This document shows positions 31,950-40,414 of a stretch of DNA of 64,000 bases, piece after piece; within the stretch, counting starts at the first letter, position 1; every line of letters starts with the position of its first letter. The translations under genes were made by a program, and so were the position numbers. The stretch comes from a virus. Under the pieces are notes generated by a model that was not told the DNA's origin, ran no database searches, and saw only the letters and a list, made by a program, of their open reading frames with translations. The stretch is taken from positions 32,001 to 96,000 of the IMG/VR virus record IMGVR_UViG_3300045988_160113; one strand, 5' to 3'.

Positions 31950-31999
31950 TAAAAAAATATGGGAAGAACCAATCAATTTAATATGTGTTCTTCCCATAT
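31950..31999 (-). terminator. Rho-independent terminator after the wHTH gene
   Basis: Hairpin ATATGGGAAGAAC…GTTCTTCCCATAT (31957-31999). On the minus strand it is followed by a T7 run (31950-31956). Confidence 0.65.
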
Positions 32000-32031
32000 A
32001 TATTACTTATTCAGTTTATTGTTTTCTAAAA

Positions 32032-32292
32032 TTACTTCTCTTCAGCGGCATCAGGATTGAAAGCCATACCATCCTCGGTAAGAGAAATGTACTTAACAAC
32101 GACATCCTTGTCATCAGCACCCTTGATGTGCTCCTCAGTACGAACAGCATAGCCCTTCTTGCAGAGGCCAGTAACAGAACCAACAACAGTGGGGCCAGAA
32201 ACACCAAGAGCATCAGCAATGTCCTTATTAGTTAGCTTGGAACCATAATTGTCCTTTAAGAAATCGAAAACACGGCGACTATTGATTGTCAT
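32032..32292 (-). CDS. Small winged-helix (MarR/Lrp-like) DNA-binding protein, 86 aa
   Basis: …LTNKDIADALGVSGPTVVGSVTGLCKKGYAV… It is the first gene downstream of the triple promoter. Confidence 0.55.
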   Translation of the reverse strand: MTINSRRVFDFLKDNYGSKLTNKDIADALGVSGPTVVGSVTGLCKKGYAVRTEEHIKGADDKDVVVKYISLTEDGMAFNPDAAEEK

Positions 32293-32388
32293 AACAAAAT
32301 TCTCCTTTTAATAAATAAAATATATTTTTAATGGCACAAGCCACTAAATTCAATAAAATAATTTCTTTCCCTCTCACTTTCTGTAATT

Positions 32389-32417
32389 AGTATACTAAAA
32401 ATTTGAGAAAAAGTCAA
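32389..32417 (-). promoter_or_regulatory. Tandem promoter 3 of 3 (proximal to the wHTH gene)
   Basis: Minus strand TTGACT (32417-32412), 17 nt spacer, TATACT (32394-32389). Confidence 0.65.
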
Positions 32418-32478
32418 ATTTCTTTCCAGTGAAATTTATAAGTTTTGCACTTATTTCTTTCTCATTCACTGTATAAAT

Positions 32479-32507
32479 ATTATACCAAATATTTTCTGAA
32501 AAGTCAA
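32479..32507 (-). promoter_or_regulatory. Tandem promoter 2 of 3
   Basis: Minus strand TTGACT (32507-32502), 17 nt spacer, TATAAT (32484-32479). Confidence 0.65.
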
Positions 32508-32590
32508 ATTTTCACTTTACTCTTCAAGAAAAAATATAACATTTATAGAAAGCAATCAATTCATTTCTGTCTCTCTCACTTTCTATAAAT

Positions 32591-32619
32591 ATTATACTCT
32601 AAATTTTCTCAAAAGTCAA
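32591..32619 (-). promoter_or_regulatory. Tandem promoter 1 of 3
   Basis: Minus strand TTGACT (32619-32614), 17 nt spacer, TATAAT (32596-32591). Confidence 0.65.
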
Positions 32620-32635
32620 AATTTCATTCTAACTT

Positions 32636-35002
32636 TTATAATGAGAAAATTGAAGTTGCTTTTTCTTTTGCTTTTAGTTTCAAAGCCTTTACACCCAAGC
32701 TCCCCTTTGACGTCAAAGCTACTTCGCGCGTAGAAAATCTAATCGCCGCAGAACCAGTAGTTGTTACTACATCCATTACATCATTTGCTGGTAAAAAACC
32801 AACAAGTTTTTCTCCGTCAGTAACTTTATGGAGTTTGGTTCCTTTTACATTACGATTAGTCTTGGGAAGTTCATCCAATGAAGTTCTACTAATCATGCCA
32901 TCTGAAGTCAGTGATACGATTTCGTGCGCAGAACTATCAATAACCTGAGCGTCAATAACTTCATCACCATCATTGAGTTTTGCTCCTTGTACACCCATAG
33001 CAATTTTACCAACAGGGGTAATATCAGATGTACTAAATCGCATAAACTGACCACGCGTAGTAAGAAGTCCAATATCTTCATCATTTAGGAAAAGAATTTT
33101 ACAAAGATTATCACCCTCGCGCAGTTTGATAGCAGAAGAGCCACGGCCTGTTTTGGTTTTATATTCAGTAATTGCTGTCTTTTTTACAAGTCCATTCTTT
33201 GTAATGAAAACAATAAATTTACTTGCACTGGCTTTATCAAAGGAAGTGATATTTGTGATATACTCACCATCTGCTAACTTCAAAATTTCGCTCACATTGA
33301 TAAAAGCATTCAAAGGAAGGTCAGATAGAGGATAAGAATAACTCTTACCAAGATTAGAAAAAGCCATGAGAGTTCCAAGATTAGTATCTGCGACACTTTC
33401 AATGACACATTCACCATTTTGAAGTTTTATTTTACTTCCAGTTCCACCACGGCGCTGAGTAATTAGAGTGGACTGTTCGTTAGTATAAATGTTGCCATAA
33501 TTAGTCAGATTTACAATAAGAGACTTTTGTTCAATAACTTCACCCTCTTCATTAGACTGTAAATCCATAATTTGTGTTCTGCGCGCGTCTCCAAATTTGG
33601 TTACGACTTCACGAAGTCCATTTTCAATTTCTTTTTTGAGAAGAGTTTCATCATTTAGAATAGACTCAATGTGCGTGGCCTCTTTTTCAAGGTCGGCTTT
33701 TTCATTTTCAAGTTTGTTGATTTCAAGACGAGCAAGACGCGATAGCTTGATATCAAGAATTGCCTTGGCTTGTGCTTCATCAATAGAGAGTAAAGATTGA
33801 AGAGCCACATTCGCTGCGCGCGTATCAAAAGATTGTTTGATAGTGCGGACAACTTCATCAATCATATTGATTGCCTTGAGTAGACCATCAATAATATGAA
33901 GCCGCGCGCGAATTTTATTGAGATCAAATTCAAAACCACGGATATATACTGCGCGCTCATGGTCAAGATGAGATTGAAGAAGTTCCTTCCATGTAAAAAC
34001 TTTTGGATAGCGACCATTTTCAAGCATGGTCATATTGATAGTATAATGACTCTGTAGAGAAGTATTCTTATATAAATACTTCAATACTTTTTCTGGTGTT
34101 GCATGTTTAGTAAGATAAATTTTCAAATTACTTCTATAACCACTATTACCAGTCAAATCATTGAAACGCTCAATACCTGGATTTTCTTCACTCTCCAGAA
34201 TTTTTTCAAGTTGTTCACAAATTGTATTTGTATATACTCCAAAAGGAACTTCACTAACAATAAAACAACGCTCTTTTTGATTATATTCAAGAAGACTGCG
34301 AAGTTTACAAGCGAATCCTCTTCCATTGAGAAGTGATTCTTTTGTCTCTTTTGGATTGAGAATAATTGCTCCGGTAGCAAAATCAGGAAGAATAACAATA
34401 TCTTCTGCTGGAGTATCTGGTTCCCAAAGCAACTTGATAAGAACTTCATTGAGTTCTCTAATATTGAATTGAGGAACAGAACTTGCCATACCAACAGCAA
34501 TACCGCTACTACCATTTACAAGATTATAAAAACCCTTACTTGGTAAGACAGACGGATATTGAAGATTATCAGCGTAATTATCATGCCATTCCTCAATGGT
34601 ATTTTTCTGAATATCGGCAAATAAATAATTACAAGTTTCTGCTAATCTTGTAGATGTATAACGCTCTGCCGACCAACTACCAGAACTCATAAGTGTGCCT
34701 GAATTACCTTTTACTTCAGTAATAGGATATCTCATACTAAAGTTTTGTGCTGCGCGCATCATAATACCGACGCAAGAACTATCACCATGAATATAAAAAT
34801 CTTTCATAGCATCCCCCATAGGGGCATTAGTTTTTTCATAAGGTTTTTCATGGACATATTTATTACGCCACATGGAATAAAAGATTTGTCTAGCAGATGG
34901 TTTCAATAAATCACGAGAATCTACAAGTGCGCGAGACTGAAGAACTGCTCCACTATATTGAATAAAAGAATCTTTGATAATAGGAGTAAGATTTACTTCC
35001 AA
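32636..35002 (-). CDS. Type IIA DNA topoisomerase, A subunit (GyrA/ParC-like)
   Basis: N-terminal …LQSRALVDSRDLLKPSARQIFYSM…, catalytic-Tyr region SAERYTSTRL and C-terminal beta-pinwheel-like repeats. TTG start lies 7 nt after AGGAGG. Confidence 0.85.
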   Translation of the reverse strand: MEVNLTPIIKDSFIQYSGAVLQSRALVDSRDLLKPSARQIFYSMWRNKYVHEKPYEKTNAPMGDAMKDFYIHGDSSCVGIMMRAAQNFSMRYPITEVKGNSGTLMSSGSWSAERYTSTRLAETCNYLFADIQKNTIEEWHDNYADNLQYPSVLPSKGFYNLVNGSSGIAVGMASSVPQFNIRELNEVLIKLLWEPDTPAEDIVILPDFATGAIILNPKETKESLLNGRGFACKLRSLLEYNQKERCFIVSEVPFGVYTNTICEQLEKILESEENPGIERFNDLTGNSGYRSNLKIYLTKHATPEKVLKYLYKNTSLQSHYTINMTMLENGRYPKVFTWKELLQSHLDHERAVYIRGFEFDLNKIRARLHIIDGLLKAINMIDEVVRTIKQSFDTRAANVALQSLLSIDEAQAKAILDIKLSRLARLEINKLENEKADLEKEATHIESILNDETLLKKEIENGLREVVTKFGDARRTQIMDLQSNEEGEVIEQKSLIVNLTNYGNIYTNEQSTLITQRRGGTGSKIKLQNGECVIESVADTNLGTLMAFSNLGKSYSYPLSDLPLNAFINVSEILKLADGEYITNITSFDKASASKFIVFITKNGLVKKTAITEYKTKTGRGSSAIKLREGDNLCKILFLNDEDIGLLTTRGQFMRFSTSDITPVGKIAMGVQGAKLNDGDEVIDAQVIDSSAHEIVSLTSDGMISRTSLDELPKTNRNVKGTKLHKVTDGEKLVGFLPANDVMDVVTTTGSAAIRFSTREVALTSKGSLGVKALKLKAKEKATSIFSL

Positions 35003-35033
35003 AGAAATTCCTCCTTTTACATTTTATATAATT

Positions 35034-35062
35034 ATTATAACAAAAATAGAGAGGAAAGTCAA
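35034..35062 (-). promoter_or_regulatory. Promoter upstream of the topoisomerase A subunit gene
   Basis: Minus strand TTGACT (35062-35057), 17 nt spacer, TATAAT (35039-35034). Confidence 0.6.
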
Positions 35063-35073
35063 ATTTCCTCTCT
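35048..35073 (-). terminator. Terminator hairpin after topoisomerase B exon 2, with the -35 box of the next promoter in its loop
   Basis: Inverted repeat AGAGAGGAAA / TTTCCTCTCT (35048-35073), with a T-rich run downstream on the minus strand. Confidence 0.5.
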
Positions 35074-35078
35074 ACTCT

Positions 35079-35465
35079 TTATTCTCTAATTAGTGAGAAA
35101 TCAACATTTTTGAAAATAAAATCTGTTCGAGGTTCAACATCTTTGCCCATAAGACTATAAAGCAAATCAAAACTAAGCTGGTCTGGTTTGAACACATCAA
35201 GTCTTTGATATTCTGGAGTGAACATGGATTCATGGGCCTCTATTGCTTCGAGTGAACCAAGTCCCTTCGCGCGATGAACTTCACCTTTGATTTTACCCTG
35301 CTTACGCGCAGCATCAAATTCTTCATCATTGAAATAATAAGAACGATTTTTACCTTGCTCGACAATAAAAAGTGGAGAACGAAGCCAACAAAGGCGACCT
35401 TCCTCGATAAACTGAGGGGCAAGTTTTAGTAAACAAGCCATAACAAGAAGCCCGATATGATAACC
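35079..35465 (-). CDS. Type IIA topoisomerase B subunit (GyrB/ParE-like), exon 2
   Basis: After the predicted 3' splice site it reads GYHIGLLVMACLLKL…, completing the Toprim DxDxDGxHI motif. Confidence 0.8.
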   Translation of the reverse strand, partial: GYHIGLLVMACLLKLAPQFIEEGRLCWLRSPLFIVEQGKNRSYYFNDEEFDAARKQGKIKGEVHRAKGLGSLEAIEAHESMFTPEYQRLDVFKPDQLSFDLLYSLMGKDVEPRTDFIFKNVDFSLIRE

Positions 35466-36507
35466 CACTTTACCCAATATTTCTATTGGAGTAGACTATA
35501 TGTTACTCATTATAAAATGAGGATGCTCTTTCCCACCTACGTATCAATAGTAGGGGTACTCCCCTTCCGGGGGATAGTCGTTACAGGCTTCATTTACTAA
35601 CCCAAGCCTTTTGTTTTTTGCTATATACTGGAAGGTTTTTATAGGTGCGACCCCACAGTATTTGTTGTATTGTATTATAATTACATCTATCTTTATAATC
35701 ATTATAAATACTTTTCGCATCTTCTGAGACGTATCTTTGACGCATTTCTAGAACTTCTTTATCAGTAAATTTAGCATTGGTAGATTTTTCACCATCTGTG
35801 GCATGATATTTATAAAAGTTTTTATTTTCTTCTGTATAAACTTCCATTTTTATATCTTGCCAAGTGGAGCCATCCCAAATACTAGCAAATCCATCAAAGC
35901 TAATTTTATCTTTGAATAATTCATAAACTTCTCGTCTACGAAAATGCTCATCATAACAATTTCTTATATAAGCGACGTCTTCATTTGAAAGTTTTGTTCT
36001 GCCATTATTTTCACCACGGCCATTTTTCCCTCCGGGATGACAGTTGTAGCCAAAACCTTTATATGTGTCATAATAAGCAATCCAATAAATTTCTCTTTCA
36101 TCTAGATTTTCAAGAGAACACTCTTCGATTATTTCAAAATCGAAAGATTCAATTCCATATTTATGAATTGCTATATCTATCGCTAAATCTGTTTTTGTTT
36201 TATGTTCAGAAAATCTTCTATCTATATTATTTGATTGCCCAATATAAGATTTTCCATTTTGTTTCTTTGTAATTTTATATATGCCTATCATTGCGGCACC
36301 TCCCACAATTTTAGGCTTTGGGTTAGCAAATGATTCCCACGGGATCTGCGTGTCCTTTTTGAAAAAAGGATTTAGCTTCTCTTACCACCATAACCTTACG
36401 GTTTAGTTGCCCGTTAGCCTCTATTTATAAGTAGAATATGTAAACCCTAATTATAAAAATTTGAGACCCGATTGATAATCGAAAAGCATCTACAGACAGT
36501 TTTACTT
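35466..36507 (-). mobile_element. Group I intron (1042 nt) in the topoisomerase B gene with a GIY-YIG endonuclease ORF
   Basis: 5' splice site …UCAGAU|AAGUAAAACUGUCUG, with P1 CAGAU pairing to GUCUG. The 3' end is …GUAAAGUG|GGUUAUCAU. The core element ATATAGTCT is the complement of 35493-35501. Both non-coding arms are homologous to the dnaE intron. Confidence 0.75.
35590..36291 (-). CDS. GIY-YIG homing endonuclease (intron-encoded)
   Basis: GIYKITKKQNGKSYIGQSNNIDRRFSEHK…EREIYWIAYY…GYN motifs. The ATG at 36291 lies 7 nt after GGGAGG. Confidence 0.8.
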   Translation of the reverse strand: MIGIYKITKKQNGKSYIGQSNNIDRRFSEHKTKTDLAIDIAIHKYGIESFDFEIIEECSLENLDEREIYWIAYYDTYKGFGYNCHPGGKNGRGENNGRTKLSNEDVAYIRNCYDEHFRRREVYELFKDKISFDGFASIWDGSTWQDIKMEVYTEENKNFYKYHATDGEKSTNAKFTDKEVLEMRQRYVSEDAKSIYNDYKDRCNYNTIQQILWGRTYKNLPVYSKKQKAWVSK

Positions 36508-37980
36508 ATCTGAATCCGCATCTGTACAAATTCCAAGACGTCCATATCTAAGTTTCTTACTGTCGTATTTTCCAGGAACAATATTCATCGCGCTGAGAAG
36601 AAGTTTGATTTCTTCATTCTGAAAAATCTTTTCATCATCATTAGAAAGGCAGTTGATAATTTTACCTTTGACACACATTAGACCAGTTTTATCGGTATTA
36701 CGCGCCTGTGCCATACCATTGAGTGCACTGTCTCCCTCACAGACAAGAAGAATAGCATCTTGTCCAAGGAATTCTGCATCCTTGAGTTTATCTGATGCGA
36801 ATACTTTACGCTTCTGATTTTTTTCAATATCTTTCTGCGCATTCAAGACCTGAACTCGCGCGCGTTCTGCGGCGGCTTCTGCTTTAGCAATTTTAGTGAG
36901 AATTTCAATAACTTTATCAAAATCCCCTCTGCGGCGCGCGTAAAAATCTTTTAGGCAACTTGAAATCGCAGTAGCAGTTGCTGTTCCTGCTTCTTTATTA
37001 GCCAAAGCAGTTTTTGCTTGGTTAGAAAATTGGCCAACATGGACTTTGACGGAAACAAAACCCTCAAGACAATCTCGGATTTGTTCTCCAATGAATTTTG
37101 TTTTTGCGAGATTATTGAAAGTTCTTGTTAGAGAGGTTTTGAAAGAACTAATAAAAGCTCCACCATCAGGCATATAAAGACCATTTGCATAACCCTTGAT
37201 ACTACCTTTTTTAGTTACCCATTGTAGAGCAAGTTCTACTTTGCAATCTTCATCTTCATAAAAATAACTAAAAGGTTTGCCGATAGCATTTTCACTTTTT
37301 AGACCATCAATAAGTCCATTTTCAGAGAAGAAAATTTGTTCTTTTCCATCAATAATAAGAATAATTTTTAGCCCTTTAGTAAAATAAGACATTTCACGAA
37401 GCATATTTTTTAGAGATTCTTCATCAATAAAAATATCTCCGTAAACGGCTTCATCTGGAACATAAGTAATAATAGTTCCAGTTTTAGAATCCTTTGCTTT
37501 TGAAATTTTTACATCTGAAGTTGGAGTGGCACCTTCTTCATTGCTTTCAAATCGTTGAAAATAAATATTTCCATCTCTATGGACTTCTACTTCAAGCCAC
37601 TTTGCTGTATGACAAACTACTTTATTACCCTCACCATTGATACCAACCGAACTAACATAAGACCCTTCCTTATGTTTTGCTCCTGAGTGCGGAAGTAGAA
37701 AAGCTGCGGTAAGAGAGTTCACTCCATCATTACGAACCGCGCAAGGAATTCCACGCATATTATCAGATACACGAATTTTTCGTTCTTTTGTAAAAAGTTC
37801 AATTTTTAGAAAAGGATTTTCTGGTTTATATACTTCAAATTCATCCTGAACATTGACAATAAGTTCACGCAAACCAAGATTGATTGCTTCTTGACGGTCT
37901 GCGCTAAGATACATTCCAATTTTTTCTCTAAATGCTCGACCTGGAGATAAAGTTGTCAAGTCATTAGCGCCGTATGTCAT
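36508..37980 (-). CDS. Type IIA topoisomerase B subunit (GyrB/ParE-like), exon 1 (GHKL ATPase, transducer, start of Toprim)
   Basis: GHKL-like N-terminus (…GLRELIVNVQDE…, GINGEGNK), Toprim LLVCEGDSA, ending in …GICTDADSD at the splice site. Confidence 0.85.
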
Positions 37981-38710
37981 TTAGTATTTCCTCCAATCTT
38001 TCTTCAATATCTTCTTCATAAGTGATATAATATAATTTTATATTATTATTATCACAATATTCTTTTTTTATTATATCAGATTTTTGTCTTTCTTCAAATT
38101 TTTCTTTATTATTCCAACCTGAATTATGATATTTGAAATGAATATCTCCTTGATATTCTATTAGACAAAGTAATTCATTTTTATTATTGAAAATAGCAAA
38201 ATCATATCTATATTTCCCACCTTTTTCCGTAGAAAAATTTGGAAAAGAATATTCGGCTTTATAATTGATATTATGACTATTTAGATATCTGTTTATTGTC
38301 ATATTTCCAACAGAAGAAATACAACCACAAGAATTGGTGTCTCCGCATTTCAAATATTGATGTTGAACTTCACAAATATTACCACAATCACATTGGCATA
38401 ACCAGACTCTTCTTCTTTTTCCATTATCTTTAGTTATCCATCTTGAAAATGATAAAACAGTTAGACGACCAAATCTTTGTCCAGTCAAGTCTCCTCCACC
38501 ACGTTTCATGTTACTTTCTGCGGCTCGTTCTTTTTGATAACAGCCACAAGATTTAGTGTTACCACTTCGTAATTTTTTCCCACTTACTATTACTTCATTT
38601 CCACATTTACATCTACATTTCCATGTTGCTCGATTGTCTTTATCATTTGGAGCGCGTGCTATTACTGTGAGATAACCATAAGTATTACCTATTTCATTTT
38701 TTAGAGCCAT
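37964..38710 (-). CDS. Free-standing homing-endonuclease-like protein: 2 zinc-ribbon repeats plus PD-(D/E)XK-like domain
   Basis: TWKCRCKCG…SCGC, VWLCQCDCG…SCGC and a C-terminal YRYDFAIFNNKNELLCLIEYQGDIHF. It overlaps the topoisomerase B start by 17 nt. Confidence 0.55.
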   Translation of the reverse strand: MALKNEIGNTYGYLTVIARAPNDKDNRATWKCRCKCGNEVIVSGKKLRSGNTKSCGCYQKERAAESNMKRGGGDLTGQRFGRLTVLSFSRWITKDNGKRRRVWLCQCDCGNICEVQHQYLKCGDTNSCGCISSVGNMTINRYLNSHNINYKAEYSFPNFSTEKGGKYRYDFAIFNNKNELLCLIEYQGDIHFKYHNSGWNNKEKFEERQKSDIIKKEYCDNNNIKLYYITYEEDIEERLEEILNDIRR

Positions 38711-38782
38711 TTATCTCACCTCCTTATTTATAAGTAAAACTGGACTAAACGGAATATAATAAATTCATACCATTATATTCCA

Positions 38783-38926
38783 TTAGTGAAAGCCCACCTC
38801 CACTTTTGTATTATCTTTTTTCTGTTCTAAAACTACAGAATCATTTCCATCATTCAATTTTATATAAAATTCTGAGGTAATTTCTTTGGCAAGTTGTTGA
38901 AGTTGCCCAACCTTTTCAAAATCCAT
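38783..38926 (-). CDS. Small hypothetical protein (47 aa), not in the ORF track
   Basis: The ATG at 38926 is preceded by AAAGGAGG and a consensus promoter. Translation: MDFEKVGQLQQLAKEITSEFYIKLNDGNDSVVLEQKKDNTKVEVGFH. Confidence 0.45.
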   Translation of the reverse strand: MDFEKVGQLQQLAKEITSEFYIKLNDGNDSVVLEQKKDNTKVEVGFH

Positions 38927-38955
38927 AATTGCCTCCTTTTCATTTTTATATTTAT

Positions 38956-38984
38956 ATTATACTATAAAATAAAAGAAAAGTCAA
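38956..38984 (-). promoter_or_regulatory. Promoter upstream of small ORF / HE-like gene / topoisomerase B operon
   Basis: Minus strand TTGACT (38984-38979), 17 nt spacer, TATAAT (38961-38956). Confidence 0.6.
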
Positions 38985-39012
38985 ATTCTAAAAGAATCTG
39001 ACTTCTCAATTA

Positions 39013-39294
39013 TCATTCTGAAGATTTTTCTCCCCATGCTTCATATATCTCTTCTTTCGTAAAAGCCCATCCTTTACCATAAGTATCTGCTGTATATTTA
39101 TTATAGTCTGGGCCAGGCCAACCCCAAACATAGAAGAAACCAGTCTGGTCTTTGAACCAATCAAGACAATCTGTATTGATTGTAAAAATTTGCTTATCAA
39201 GAGAATCAGGAATCTTATTTGGGCTATACAAAAGGCTATAGATACAGTCATGCTTCATTACTTCGATATAGAAATTTTTTGTTTTGTCTAACAT
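39013..39294 (-). CDS. Hypothetical protein (93 aa)
   Basis: ORF directly downstream of the helicase gene. Confidence 0.55.
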   Translation of the reverse strand: MLDKTKNFYIEVMKHDCIYSLLYSPNKIPDSLDKQIFTINTDCLDWFKDQTGFFYVWGWPGPDYNKYTADTYGKGWAFTKEEIYEAWGEKSSE

Positions 39295-39298
39295 ATTC

Positions 39299-40345
39299 TC
39301 ACCACTTCATCATTGCTGGTTTCTTTTTTGGTTTATTTGTTACCCAAATCAACTTATCAATCGCACGAGTGGCTGCGACATAACTTACGCAACGTTCATC
39401 TGTATTATAGAATCGTGCGCCAATGACTACTACATTCTTACGTTCAAGACCTTTACTGGTATGAATAGTCAATACTTTGACTGTATCTCGTGCCATAGCC
39501 TCAGCAAATTCTTGAGCATCAAGTTCCGCGCGTTTGAAAGAATCACATGGAATACCTGCTTTTTCGAGAATGGATTTGATAGAAGAAAGTTCATTATTAG
39601 TGCGGCAAAGAACAAACCAGTCATTATAATGACCATCATTCTTGATTGCTTCGGCGATTTGAGAATTAGTGAATTCACCCTCAATTACTTGACCTTCAGT
39701 TCCGCGCATAGGGATAGAATAATCAACGTATTGTTTACCATTTTTCTTGATGATATCTTTAGCAAAAGAAAGAATTCTACTACCATTGCGATAGTTTTTA
39801 TTTAGGTCATATGTCATTACATCCCAATCTTGAGTTAGTTCAAGAAGTCTTGCGGGATTGGCCCCACGGAAACCGTATAATTCTTGGCGTGGGTCAAAGA
39901 ATATCATATAATTCTTAGGCTGGATCATATCTAACATAAAATATAATTCATTTTCTGTTGAATCCTGTCCTTCATCCAAAAGCAAATAGTCAACTTCTTT
40001 TATTGCCCATGGACGCTCTTTTATAATTTCAAAGAATTCATCAAAGTTTTCTTCTTGAATTAGTTTAGAAGTATCATAACCAGACATAAGTAATAGACGA
40101 TTACAATAAGCATGAACAGTTCCAATAAATAAGGATGGATAGTCTCCAATTCTTTTTCTCATTTCAATCGCGGCAGCATTAGTAAAAGTAATACATACTA
40201 CTTTTGATGGATCAGCACCATGTTCAAGGATATATTTTAGTCGTGCTGTAAGGCAGTGAGTTTTTCCTACAGCGACAGAGGACATTACTAATACTTTTGA
40301 TTCTTGTGTTTCTACTATTACTTTCTGCAAATCATTTAGTTCCAT
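39299..40345 (-). CDS. UvrD/Rep-like superfamily 1 DNA helicase (compact, 348 aa)
   Basis: Walker A SSVAVGKTH, motif II LLLDEGQD and late motifs TIHTSKGLE and VAATRA. Confidence 0.75.
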   Translation of the reverse strand: MELNDLQKVIVETQESKVLVMSSVAVGKTHCLTARLKYILEHGADPSKVVCITFTNAAAIEMRKRIGDYPSLFIGTVHAYCNRLLLMSGYDTSKLIQEENFDEFFEIIKERPWAIKEVDYLLLDEGQDSTENELYFMLDMIQPKNYMIFFDPRQELYGFRGANPARLLELTQDWDVMTYDLNKNYRNGSRILSFAKDIIKKNGKQYVDYSIPMRGTEGQVIEGEFTNSQIAEAIKNDGHYNDWFVLCRTNNELSSIKSILEKAGIPCDSFKRAELDAQEFAEAMARDTVKVLTIHTSKGLERKNVVVIGARFYNTDERCVSYVAATRAIDKLIWVTNKPKKKPAMMKW

Positions 40346-40382
40346 AATTCAACTCCTATCTTCTCTTTCCACTATTTATTTT

Positions 40383-40411
40383 ATTATATTTCAATTTTCT
40401 CAAAAATTCAA
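40383..40411 (-). promoter_or_regulatory. Promoter upstream of the helicase gene
   Basis: Minus strand TTGAAT (40411-40406), 17 nt spacer, TATAAT (40388-40383). Confidence 0.55.
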
Positions 40412-40414
40412 ATT

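Noticed and set aside
32293-32635. Three direct repeats that could superficially suggest a small CRISPR-like array or iterons.
   Set aside because: The repeat units are about 90-110 bp, imperfect, and each contains a TTGACT-N17-TATAAT promoter. There is no repeat-spacer periodicity and no cas genes are present.
39284-39805. The 173-aa plus-strand ORF antisense to the UvrD-like helicase. Similar antisense ORFs lie within nrdD, dnaE, topoisomerase A and ligase (for example 17149-17340, 19740-19955, 33126-33335, 42960-43307).
   Set aside because: They lie opposite well-supported genes, have AT-rich low-complexity translations, and have no SD or promoter.
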